The notes under the pieces were generated by a model, which was given only the letters and a program-made list of their open reading frames with translations, made no database searches and had not been told where the DNA came from. DNA of 64,000 nt from Ignavibacteria bacterium (GTDB lineage Bacteria; Bacteroidota; Ignavibacteria; Kapaibacteriales; UBA2268). The position numbers and the translations under genes were made by a program. The stretch lies in the NCBI GenBank assembly GCA_037445895.1, contig JBBIJO010000003.1, positions 14,109-78,108 on the forward strand, read 5' to 3'. Shown piece by piece: positions 19,162 through 29,300 of this stretch (its first letter is position 1; every line of letters starts with the position of its first letter).

Positions 19162-22100
19162 TTAGAAATCAACAGTGATTGTGAAATTGTAGCTTCGAGT
19201 CCCGGGCATATTAAAATAGTCGAGGCCTTGTGCACTATACGCACCCATAAGGTTTGTTTCGGGGTCAACCCCTTTATATTTAGTGTTTAGCCAGAGATTG
19301 CGTCCAGTAAAGGTGAGAATCACATTCGAAAATGGAGTATATTCGACAATCGATTTAGGCAAAGTATAGGAAAGGCTCACCTCGCGTAGTCGAATCCAAC
19401 CAGCATCTTCGATAAAGTCTTCTGTGTTGTCGCCAACGAATCCATTCCCATTACCTAAGGATAACCAACCTTCATCTACTACTACTTTAATGTCGTTTCG
19501 AGCGTTTGATGTTACGAGATTGCCATTTTCATCTAAATGTCCTTTAACTCCCGAGAAGACTGTTGTATCGCCACGATTTTCTGTATCTTTATGCGTTCCA
19601 AAGAAATAAAGAGCACCACGAGTCCCATTCCACATTTTACCACCTTTCTTGATATCGATTAAGAAAGATAGGGTCAAACCTTTCCAGGAGATGGAATTTC
19701 GGAAACCAAGAAGCCAATCTGGATTTGGAGAACCTAATGATTTTTCATTTTTGGAATCAAGTATTGGAAAACCATATTCATCTGAATTTGGGTCGTCATT
19801 GATGACAACGTTGCCATTAGAGTCGCGGAGCCAGCCAAACCCAAAGATTGAACCGTATGGCTTACCTGCAACAATGCGAACCGAAGAGCCTTCGAATCCT
19901 CCGAGAAAGATGTTATCGATTCCTTCGTAAAGCTCATCAACCATATTCTTATTCGTCGAGAAGTTGAGATTTATATCCCATCGCCAGTCGGCTGTATTTA
20001 ATGGTGTAATATTTAAAACTGCTTCCCAACCTTTGTTCGATATTTGTCCTGCATTGAAAACAGCTGCGTAATATCCAGTGGAGCGTGCAATAGGGACACT
20101 AAAGATTTGGTCTTTACTCACAGAATTGTAGTATGTTAAATCCAATGAAAAGAGATTGTCGAGAAAAGCAACATTGAAGCCAATTTCCCACGACGTCGTC
20201 TTTTCGGGGCGAAGTTTATCGTTTCCAAGAACGTCACCTGTTACAAAGCCAACTTGTCCATTGAATGGGAAGGAAACTCCGTTTGTATAACCGTCGGCAT
20301 AGGCTGCTTGAATAAAAGGTGTCGAGATTGCATACAATGGCGCATCCTTACCTACAACGGCATAATTAAAGCGAAGTTTGCCAAAATTAAACCAGCTTCC
20401 TTCGAAGACATCTTTAAAGAGAGTTGTAAATACAACACTTATACTTCCTTGTCCATACCAGAATGAGTTATTGTCTTTCGGCAATGTAGTGGACATATCG
20501 TTGCGAATGCTTCCGTTGAAATACAACCATTCCTGGTAGTCCAAGGATAAGTCGCCGTAGAAACCTAATCTTCGAAGTTTACTTTGAGATTGGCGAACAA
20601 TTTGGCTCGTAGTATTAGACATATGGTAGAAATCTGGAACTATTAAGCCATCTCCCTGTGTGTATAGCGAACTGCCAACCGATTGGAATAAGTTATTCCC
20701 GAGGATTAGTTTTCCAACTAAATCATCGGTTAAGTCGTAATTAAACGTTAAAATTAAATCGGAGGTTAGGTCATTGCTGTATAGTTCGTGATTAAAGATT
20801 TGCCCGGCGGGGTTGGTGTTTGAATATATAGCAAATTCTTGACGTCGTTTATCGAAATAAATGTCTGCTCCGAGTCGATACATTAGGTCTATGTTTGGGT
20901 TGAAATAATAGTTGAGTTGAATATTCCCAATAAAACGGTCAACGTCATCAAAGAATGGGCTTCGGACTACCGTCCAAAATGGGTTATCGTAGAAACCACC
21001 TCCACGATAAGTTCTTTGGGTGCCATCGGCGAACATATAAGCATCGGAATGATTAATTGCATCAGTGCCGTAACCATTCGAATTGTCAAATGTAGGTGGT
21101 GTTCGAAGTAATCCCAACATAACTCCACTAGTGTTGCTACCTTGCTGGACGCGTCTTCCCCCCGAGTTAGTATACATAATATTACCGCTTGCTTTAAGTC
21201 GCGAGGAGATTCTTGCCTCTCCGTTGAAACGAATTGATTGACGTGAAAAGCTTGTTAGGGGAACAATTCCAGAAGATTTAGAGTTAGAAAGAGATAAAAA
21301 GAAAGAGCCAAATTCCGTTCCACCTGTAAAGGAAAGGTTCTGAGTATTTGTCATTCCGGTAACAAAGAAATTATGAAGATTGTCGTATGGCTCAATCTTT
21401 TTGAAGCGAGAGGGGTTATTTACGCTATCAACGAAAGATTTGCTTACAATGCTTCCATTTTTATTAAACTTATTTGGGGTTTGTGTATCCCAATACAGGG
21501 TGTCGATTGACGCGCCCCAACTGCGGCTTTGAGTACTTCCTGGTTGGACGAAATTCCCACCAGCACCTTGGGAGAATTTAGTTTGGGTCTCGGGCAGTTT
21601 ATTCACCTCGTCGATGGATGTAGTAGCAGAAAACGTTACATTAATTTTTTCAGTAGTTACTGCCTGTCCTTTTTTGGTGGTAATGACTATCGCACCGTTT
21701 GCGGCACGTATTCCATAAAGTGCAGTTGCAGCAGGTCCCTTCAATACGGTTACCGATTCAATATCGTCGGGATTTAGGTCGATTGCTCGGTTCGAATAAG
21801 CAACACCCCAAAGTAAGTTATTTGTTCCATTATCAGGATTACTGCTATACGACATTGAGTTGTCTATTAGGATGCCATCGACAACAAAGAGTGGTTGGTT
21901 ACCGCCGAGGAAAGAATTTTGTCCTCGAATTTGGATGTATGCCGAAGCACCTGGGACGCCGGTAGAGTTAACCACTCGGACGCCAGCAACTTTTCCAGTA
22001 ATGGAATTCACAATGTTTGTAGTTCGCGATTCAGAAATTAATTTTCCGCCCATTTCTTCGAGGGAATATCCTATCGATTTCTTTTCGCGTTCCAAACCAA

Positions 22101-22428
22101 TTGCAGTGACGACAACTTCTTCGGTGAGTAATTTATCTTCTTCGAGCGAAACATTGAAGAAATCTTTGCCTTCGATACTAACTTCTTTGGTTTTCATTCC
22201 AACTCGACGAAACACTAAAACCCGTGCACGGAGTGGGACTTTGATTGAAAAGCTTCCATCGCCTTTGGTAAAAGTTCCAATTGCTGTTCCTTTTACCATA
22301 ACTGTAACGCCGGAAAGTGCATTTCCGTTTTCGTCCGTTACCTTACCGCTGACAACCCTTTCCTGTGAAAGAGCCCCAACTGTTGTAACGAAAAATGCAG
22401 CAATAAGGTAAAAAATAAATGTTTTCAT
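19162..22428 (-). CDS. SusC/RagA-family TonB-dependent outer-membrane transporter.
   Basis: Signal peptide, carboxypeptidase-regulatory-like N-domain (VSGKVTDENGNALSGVTVMVKGT), plug (TAIGLERE), about 1090 aa, and C-terminal ...TITVDF. The start is placed at Met 22428 (MKTFIFYL), which is preceded by GGGAG. Confidence 0.85.
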   Translation of the reverse strand: MKTFIFYLIAAFFVTTVGALSQERVVSGKVTDENGNALSGVTVMVKGTAIGTFTKGDGSFSIKVPLRARVLVFRRVGMKTKEVSIEGKDFFNVSLEEDKLLTEEVVVTAIGLEREKKSIGYSLEEMGGKLISESRTTNIVNSITGKVAGVRVVNSTGVPGASAYIQIRGQNSFLGGNQPLFVVDGILIDNSMSYSSNPDNGTNNLLWGVAYSNRAIDLNPDDIESVTVLKGPAATALYGIRAANGAIVITTKKGQAVTTEKINVTFSATTSIDEVNKLPETQTKFSQGAGGNFVQPGSTQSRSWGASIDTLYWDTQTPNKFNKNGSIVSKSFVDSVNNPSRFKKIEPYDNLHNFFVTGMTNTQNLSFTGGTEFGSFFLSLSNSKSSGIVPLTSFSRQSIRFNGEARISSRLKASGNIMYTNSGGRRVQQGSNTSGVMLGLLRTPPTFDNSNGYGTDAINHSDAYMFADGTQRTYRGGGFYDNPFWTVVRSPFFDDVDRFIGNIQLNYYFNPNIDLMYRLGADIYFDKRRQEFAIYSNTNPAGQIFNHELYSNDLTSDLILTFNYDLTDDLVGKLILGNNLFQSVGSSLYTQGDGLIVPDFYHMSNTTSQIVRQSQSKLRRLGFYGDLSLDYQEWLYFNGSIRNDMSTTLPKDNNSFWYGQGSISVVFTTLFKDVFEGSWFNFGKLRFNYAVVGKDAPLYAISTPFIQAAYADGYTNGVSFPFNGQVGFVTGDVLGNDKLRPEKTTSWEIGFNVAFLDNLFSLDLTYYNSVSKDQIFSVPIARSTGYYAAVFNAGQISNKGWEAVLNITPLNTADWRWDINLNFSTNKNMVDELYEGIDNIFLGGFEGSSVRIVAGKPYGSIFGFGWLRDSNGNVVINDDPNSDEYGFPILDSKNEKSLGSPNPDWLLGFRNSISWKGLTLSFLIDIKKGGKMWNGTRGALYFFGTHKDTENRGDTTVFSGVKGHLDENGNLVTSNARNDIKVVVDEGWLSLGNGNGFVGDNTEDFIEDAGWIRLREVSLSYTLPKSIVEYTPFSNVILTFTGRNLWLNTKYKGVDPETNLMGAYSAQGLDYFNMPGTRSYNFTITVDF

Positions 22429-22737
22429 ACTCCCATTACCATTATTGAACAAAAATTATTAATTACGAAGGACCTATTGTTAACGCATCGATATTGTTTA
22501 GTCTGGGGCAGTTATCGTTGGCTTGTCGCGAATTTTAATGCTTAAAGAAAATAGTTTTTTCATAAACGACCCCCTTTTTTAAAAATGTAAAAAATGGTAT
22601 GAAATTTTATTGTAAAATAAGGCACCACTTCCTTTCTCACTTCTTTTATTCATTGACTTGTAAATTAAATCCATTATCAAAATAAGCAATTTTAATTTAA
22701 TGTGCAAATATATGCAAAGATTTTTTTATATTTTTTG

Positions 22738-24549
22738 TTATTCTTGCATTTTATACATTTGTTCAATTAATTCAGAATACTTTCGTTCGACAACGTGGCG
22801 TTTGATACTTAATTTTGGGCTCAATTCTCCGCCATCGACAGTAAAAGATTCTGTGAGAAGAGCAAATTTACGAACCCGTTCGAACTTTGCAATATCCTTT
22901 TGCAAATAGTCTATTTCATCTTTAATAGTCTTAATGATTTGGGGATTTGCAACTAATTCCGATAGTGTATTGTAAGATATATTGAAGGTTTCTGCAAGAG
23001 ATTTCAACTCGTCGAAATTAGGTAATATTAACGCAGTGTTGTATTCACGATTGTCACCAATTAGAATACACTGGTCGATATATTTACTTTGACAGAGTAA
23101 ATTTTCGATTGGTTGCGGTGCAATGTTTTTGCCCCCACTGTTTACGAAAATGTATTTTTTCCTGTCGGTAATCTTAATGTTTCCTTTTTTTGTGATTAAT
23201 CCTATATCTCCGGTATAAAGCCAACCGTCTTCGTCGATTGCCGATTTTGTTGCATTAATGTCGTTCCAGTATCCTTGCATAACATTAGGACCTCGGACTA
23301 ATATTTCACCATCATCGGCAATTTTTACTTCAATTCCATCTAATGGTTTACCAACCGTTCCGATTTCGAAGTCATTGTCTCGGTTTACACTTACGACCGG
23401 AGAAGCTTCGGTCAATCCATACCCTTCGAGGACCCGATAACCAAGCGACCAGAAAAAAATGTTAACATCCGGGTTTAATGGTGCTCCGCCCGAAACAAAT
23501 CGGATGAATTGGATTCCGAATTTTTCGCGAATTTTTGAGAAAACAAGTTTATCGGCTAACTTATATTTGCTCTTGATAATTGGGTTTAATTTTCCTTCTA
23601 TTTTATTTAAGATATAATTTTTTCCAGCTTTAATTGCCCAAAAGAAAATCTTTTGTTTTATAGAGCTTTCCTTTTCTATAGCAGCGAAGATGCGTTTTTT
23701 TATAACTTCCAGCAATCGAGGAACTGTTGTCATTAAAGTGGGTTGAATTTCTTTGATATTCGTTGGAATTGTATCAATTGACTCTGCCAGTGCAATGACT
23801 GCACCACATCGGAATGCGGCATAATAGCCAGTTGTCCTTTCATAAGAATGACACCAAGGAAGAAAAGAAAGGAATACATCCTTCTCCCCAAAATCTATTG
23901 CCTTGGCAGCTGCTTCAATATTCGAAATAACATTGTGATGGGTAAGAACAACCCCTTTTGGTTCGCCAGTTGTTCCGCTTGTATAAATAATAGTCAATAT
24001 ATCGTCGGGTTTGATTTTTCCAATACTTTGTAGTATTATTTGCCGACGCATTGCTTCCGTTCTTAAAACAGTACCTGTTTCAATTATCGAATAGTATGTC
24101 TTTGCCGAAATTTCTATTTCATCGGAAACTTTTATATTATCGAGTACTATTATGTGGCGAATTGATTGGATATTATTAACGACTCCAAGAATTTTGTTCA
24201 GTTGGAAATTATTTGAAACAACAACCGCAATAGCCTCGCAGTTGTTGAAAATATATTCTTCTTGTTTTGGTGTTGTGCTGGGGAAAATTGGAACACTCGT
24301 AGCACCTATTGTTGCAATTGCCACATCGACAATTACCCACTCAATCCTATTTTCGGAAACTAATCCAACTCTATCGCCGCTTCGTATCCCAAAATTCAGC
24401 AATCCAATAGCGAATTTTTCTATTCTATCCCATAATTCACTATAAGTAACATTCACGTAGTCCCCGTTTTGTTTGTATCTGAAAGCAGTTTTGCTTGAAC
24501 CATATTTTTGGCATATTAGATAAAACATTTCAGGAATAGAGGAATACAT
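22738..24549 (-). CDS. Long-chain fatty-acid--CoA ligase (AMP-dependent synthetase).
   Basis: AMP-binding signature IIYTSGTTGEPKGV and GYGLTE are present in a 603-aa product. Confidence 0.8.
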   Translation of the reverse strand: MYSSIPEMFYLICQKYGSSKTAFRYKQNGDYVNVTYSELWDRIEKFAIGLLNFGIRSGDRVGLVSENRIEWVIVDVAIATIGATSVPIFPSTTPKQEEYIFNNCEAIAVVVSNNFQLNKILGVVNNIQSIRHIIVLDNIKVSDEIEISAKTYYSIIETGTVLRTEAMRRQIILQSIGKIKPDDILTIIYTSGTTGEPKGVVLTHHNVISNIEAAAKAIDFGEKDVFLSFLPWCHSYERTTGYYAAFRCGAVIALAESIDTIPTNIKEIQPTLMTTVPRLLEVIKKRIFAAIEKESSIKQKIFFWAIKAGKNYILNKIEGKLNPIIKSKYKLADKLVFSKIREKFGIQFIRFVSGGAPLNPDVNIFFWSLGYRVLEGYGLTEASPVVSVNRDNDFEIGTVGKPLDGIEVKIADDGEILVRGPNVMQGYWNDINATKSAIDEDGWLYTGDIGLITKKGNIKITDRKKYIFVNSGGKNIAPQPIENLLCQSKYIDQCILIGDNREYNTALILPNFDELKSLAETFNISYNTLSELVANPQIIKTIKDEIDYLQKDIAKFERVRKFALLTESFTVDGGELSPKLSIKRHVVERKYSELIEQMYKMQE

Positions 24550-24759
24550 TTTTCATTTCATCCATTTTAATTTTGAACAAAACCAAAATTATATATTAGA
24601 TAATTTTTTCCAAATTTTAGCAATCAATTTTTCTGTTTTTTTAATATCGTGCGATAGATGTAGTAATAAATCTTTGGGGAATGGCATTCTTTACTGTGTG
24701 CCGGAGGTTAGGTAAAATGTCTTGTAGTTTTGGAAAGGCTTTTTCGGGAAAAATCATAT

Positions 24760-25359
24760 TTATTTTGCAATGTAGTCAGGGCAATCCAACCTTAATTCGC
24801 TTTTATAAAGGGACTTTTCGAGTAGCATACAGTAGTGCATATTTTTTTCCCTTTTGTAGTATTTGCAACTATAACACATTCTTTGTAATGATATGATGCC
24901 CGACTCATATAGTTGGTGGATTATATCTAGGAAGTTTTGAAGCAAATTTTCCTTTGCATTCGGGCTTAAGTTTTGTATTGGCTCGAGCAATTTGTTTGTG
25001 TATAAAGAAATTTCTTGGTATAATACGCGACCTGTATGGGTAAGTGCTAATTCAAAACTTCTCGAGTCGGATGGATTGCGTTCCTTTGTGATAAGTTCTT
25101 TGCGAATAAGTGATTGTATTGCATCGCTTACGGTAGGTTTTGTAAGATGAAACTCTTGTGCCAAATAGCTTACCTTGCATTTTTCTCGGCTATGGGTATG
25201 CAAAAAAATCAATATTTGTATTTGGATAGGGGAAAGTCCGAATTTTTTGCTTTGCTCCCAAAGAAGCACCCGAAAAACCTCGGCAATTCGCTCCAGTGCC
25301 GCAATTATTCGATGTTCTATTTGGCTATTTTGTATTTCTAAATCGAATGATGACGCCAT
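24760..25359 (-). CDS. MarR-family winged-helix regulator with a C-terminal Cys-rich extension.
   Basis: A MarR-like wHTH (SPIQIQILIFL...LTKPTVSDAIQSLIRKELI) is followed by a tail with C-x2-C-x11-C-x15-C (CYSCKYY...HYC...LDC). Confidence 0.6.
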   Translation of the reverse strand: MASSFDLEIQNSQIEHRIIAALERIAEVFRVLLWEQSKKFGLSPIQIQILIFLHTHSREKCKVSYLAQEFHLTKPTVSDAIQSLIRKELITKERNPSDSRSFELALTHTGRVLYQEISLYTNKLLEPIQNLSPNAKENLLQNFLDIIHQLYESGIISLQRMCYSCKYYKREKNMHYCMLLEKSLYKSELRLDCPDYIAK

Positions 25360-25415
25360 ACAAAGGGGGTAACCGATTTTTTGTAGAATTTATTTTAATC
25401 GGTTACCCATTTCGT

Positions 25416-26000
25416 TTAAAATTCTCCTTCTTTTACGTAAGGATAACACCAAGTCGTTACGGTTAAAACAACGGCTTTAAACCACGCATTATACATCGAT
25501 TCGACTTCCGATAGCGAATGTCCCATTTTCGACAGGAATGGCTTGATTGTGAACGTTATTGGGTAAATAAAAGCAACCATATATCTAAAATTGACGAAAG
25601 GAACCGAGTGCACACCGTCGGTTTGGTTCTTTTTGATTTTGTGGTGTCGTTTTGCAATTTCATATTGATAATCAAGCCATTTTTGGTCATAATCTTTGAG
25701 GCAAATATCTTTTATCCATTGCCCAAATCGCTGTCGAACTGCATCGAGATATTCAAGAATCGGGTTTCCACCATCAGTGAAAAAGTATACCAAATGCTCG
25801 TTTGAGCCAACATATCCATACCACAGGTCGAGAATTTCATCGATTTGCCCGCTCAAAATTTCCCCTGCCATTCGAAGATATCTGGTATCTTCGTCGGTCC
25901 AAAGCAAGGTTTTTTTGAGTAGTTCCAATTCGTCTAATGTTATTGGCGATATTTCAAGATACGATTGTCCAAAATCATATCCTTTAATATTTCTTTCCAT
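25416..26000 (-). CDS. Protoglobin (Pgb, single-domain globin related to globin-coupled sensors).
   Basis: The whole 194-aa product is collinear with archaeal protoglobins as I recall them. Shared segments are LEDL.LLK, ILDLWYGYVGS, VYFFT, YLDAVRQRF, WLDYQYEIAKRHHKIKKNQTD, VPFVNFRYMVAFIYPIT, KPFLSKMGHS, MYNAWFKA and WCYPYVKEGEF. Confidence 0.8.
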   Translation of the reverse strand: MERNIKGYDFGQSYLEISPITLDELELLKKTLLWTDEDTRYLRMAGEILSGQIDEILDLWYGYVGSNEHLVYFFTDGGNPILEYLDAVRQRFGQWIKDICLKDYDQKWLDYQYEIAKRHHKIKKNQTDGVHSVPFVNFRYMVAFIYPITFTIKPFLSKMGHSLSEVESMYNAWFKAVVLTVTTWCYPYVKEGEF

Positions 26001-26322
26001 ACATTCTCCTTTGTTTTGTTGTTAAATATAATTTGTTATTTGGTAGATTTTAATGTGCGATTTCGCATAGATGACTGTCTTTCACTAGCATTTCTGTTAT
26101 AATGCTATTTCACATTGCAGGCGGACTTTTGTTGGGCACAAGGCTATCAAAATATTGCATAAAAAATCAACTAAATTTTGAAAATACAAAATTAATTAGG
26201 AATCCTAACTAAAACAATTAATTTTTTTTCATTTTTTATTCAAATTATGGAATTCTTGATTTTGGAAGTTTTGTTTTAATAAATCGTTAAAGAATACGTT
26301 TAATTAATTTTTTGAACAATAT

Positions 26323-29300
26323 TTGATAAATGTGCTTCGCTTTTGTATTGCCGCAATCTTTTTTTTGGCAAGTTACAATCTGAATTCTGGGACTTTCGTT
26401 GTTAAGTTTAAGAAGAATTTCGACAGTAAATTGCTTAATGAACGCTTCTCGAATATCAAAGCTCATTTTTCGGAGTTACAGTTTTCTAAGATGTTACAAA
26501 CTTCTGGTAACAAACTCAGAATTTCCTCCCAAAGTTTATTATCTTCTAATATGGCAAATAAATTATTGGGTTACTATGTTCTCGAAATACCGGACTCGTT
26601 AATTGCGAGAACATTAAGTGAAATTAATAGTTTTCCCGAAATCGATTTCATTGAACCAAATATTAAAATTAGTATTGAACAGGATAATGTTAGAGATTCG
26701 GATTTGCAAAAGCAATGGTATATTAATTTTGTGAGGGCACACGAAGCTTGGAAGAAATCTACTGGCAAAGGGATTCGAGTTGGTATTATAGACACGGGAA
26801 TTGATTTTGAACACGAAGATTTGAAAAATCGTATTTGGATAAATCCGCAGGAAGATATTAACCATACTGGTCAGTTCGAGCCTTGGCCCGATAGCGTTAA
26901 AATTAATGGAATCACAGGAGATTTAAATAGAGTTGATGACGACGGGAATGGGTTTATTGATGATATTATCGGATATGATTTTGTTAATCAAACTTATGGA
27001 AATTTAGGTGATTATTCTATTCCCGATGCTATTCCATTCGATGAACACGGTCACGGAACAATGGTTGCTGGCGTGATAGCTGCTGATATTAATGGGATGG
27101 GTATAGTTGGGGTAGCCCCAGGGGTTAAAGTAGTTGCTCTTCGCGCGTTTGATTTGACAGGCAATGCAGAAATCAAAGATATTGCTAATGCGATAGTATA
27201 TTCTGCGCTGAACGGAATTAATGTGTTAAACCTTTCGTTCGGTTCCCAAGAGTATTCTCGTTTGCTCGAAGATGCTATTTCTTTTGCACAATCTATGGGC
27301 TGTATAATTGTTGCATCCGCCGGAAATGATGGAACTATTATTCCACACTATCCATCGGATTTCAATGGGGTTATTTCTGTCGGTTCAATTACCCCCGATG
27401 GGACTATTGCTAATTCAAGCAATTTCGGGCCTAATGTTGATATATTTGCTCCTGGAGTAGAAATTTATACTACTTCTTTAAATAATACTTATCGTTATAT
27501 CTCCGGGACTTCCTTTTCTGCACCAGTTGTTTCTGCCGGTTGCGCTCTTCTTCTTTCTTTTGATTCTACATTGAAGGGAGAGGAAATACTTGGAATTTTG
27601 AAAGCCACACAGAAAAAAATTTTAGGGAAAGGGATGAAATACTCTCACGGTTATGTTGATTTTGCCGAATCTGTAAGCTTTTTTGGCTCTTCGCGGTTCG
27701 AGATTTTGAATATTCACAACGATGATGAATTTTTGAAAGAAGAGGTAATTACAGTTCCAATACAAATTTTTGCATATTCTCCATTTTTCTTTCAATATAA
27801 CCTTTACCTATACAAAAACGACACGACCTTGGTGCAAAGATTAGTTGAACGCTCAAGCGAACAATCGATAGGAAACCGTTTCGACTTTAATATTGGCAAT
27901 TTAGACGAAGGGCAATATACTTTAAAACTAATTGCTACTTTGCGAAATGGCAACCAAATCGAAAAGTCTGTTCGTTTTTTTGTATATAGTCGGGATTCTT
28001 CGATAAAAGTGGAATCGTTAGATTGGGCATCTTGTATTTACGAAAATCGAACCTTTTATGTGTTGGTAACAAGTAGCAATTTACCTACATTTTGCAGAGT
28101 AATCTTCTTTGCGAAAGATGGGAAAAAATTGTTGGAATTAAGTGACGAAACTTATTCACAATCACACTTTATACCTTTTTTGGGTATTGAGAATATAGCC
28201 GATAGGCCCCTAACATTTAGAATCCTTTATACTACAAAATCTGGAAAGGAATATAGTATTGACACAGCCATTAATGAGTTTGGATACAACAATCCTATTA
28301 GTTATTCAAAAAAGTTTAATACATTGCCTTTGTCGTATTTATTTAATTATACTGTTCCTATAAATTCATCGCGCTTCGATGGTTTAATGATAAATCCCTA
28401 TGACAATTTGAATTGGAAGAATCTTGAGCTATACAAATTTTCTGATACAGGATTTGCAAAATTGGCTGAATTGAAAGAACCTTGGATTCCAGTAGATACA
28501 GGAGATTCCAACGGTGATGGTAAATTAGAAGTTTTAACTACACTTTTAGGTCGAACAAGACTTTTGCAACCGGCGGGGGAACCACAAAATTATTTCGATA
28601 ATGTTTTGTTTCAAAGCGAGCCGAATTCTACTCTATGGGCTGCAAAAATGAAGGATTTCAATGGAGACGGCAAAGACGAGCTAATTTGTTTCGATGATAC
28701 ATCTATCCTCGTTATAAGCTATGAAGACGGAAAGTATAAAACCATTTCTCGGATTCTACCTCAAGATTCTTTCGGTGTTGTTGGCACTAAACCGAACATC
28801 CAAATTGCAGATTTTGATTCCGATGGAAACTATGAACTTGCATTATTTACGACTCGAGGGTATCTTCTCATCTACCAATACGATAAAGCCTTGGAACGTT
28901 TCGACCTTGAATACTCACTAAAAACCGAAGGCGACCCCTTTTCTACTGCAGCTTGTATTGGTAAGTTAAAATCAAACCAAAATTTCTCGATTTTCTTTAT
29001 TCAATCGAAATACTTCGAGGACAAGACCCACGAACAATTAAAAGGGTCGTTGTGGAATTTATTCAAAGTCGATGCAAGTTCAAAGGATACATATTCAATA
29101 ACTTACGAAAAATCATTTTATGGAGTGAGGAGTGGCAGTATTCCACAAGGTATTTTTTATAGGAATGGTATAAATGCTGGGAATCTCGATAAAGAAGAGG
29201 GAGACGAGCTATTGGTTTCTTTGTTTCCAAACTTCTATGTGCTGAAATTTGGAGCAGACAGCATTGGATTTACTCCGATTTTGTGGATACCTTTTGTTTA

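Noticed and set aside
21860-22411. 183-aa plus-strand ORF, and other 60-130 aa ORFs inside large genes (e.g. 37837-38385 minus, 34502-34906 minus, 6249-6620 minus).
   Set aside because: They are embedded antisense in long, well-supported genes (susC, octaheme cytochrome, LTD protein, cinA). Their composition is biased and they carry no motifs. They are spurious.
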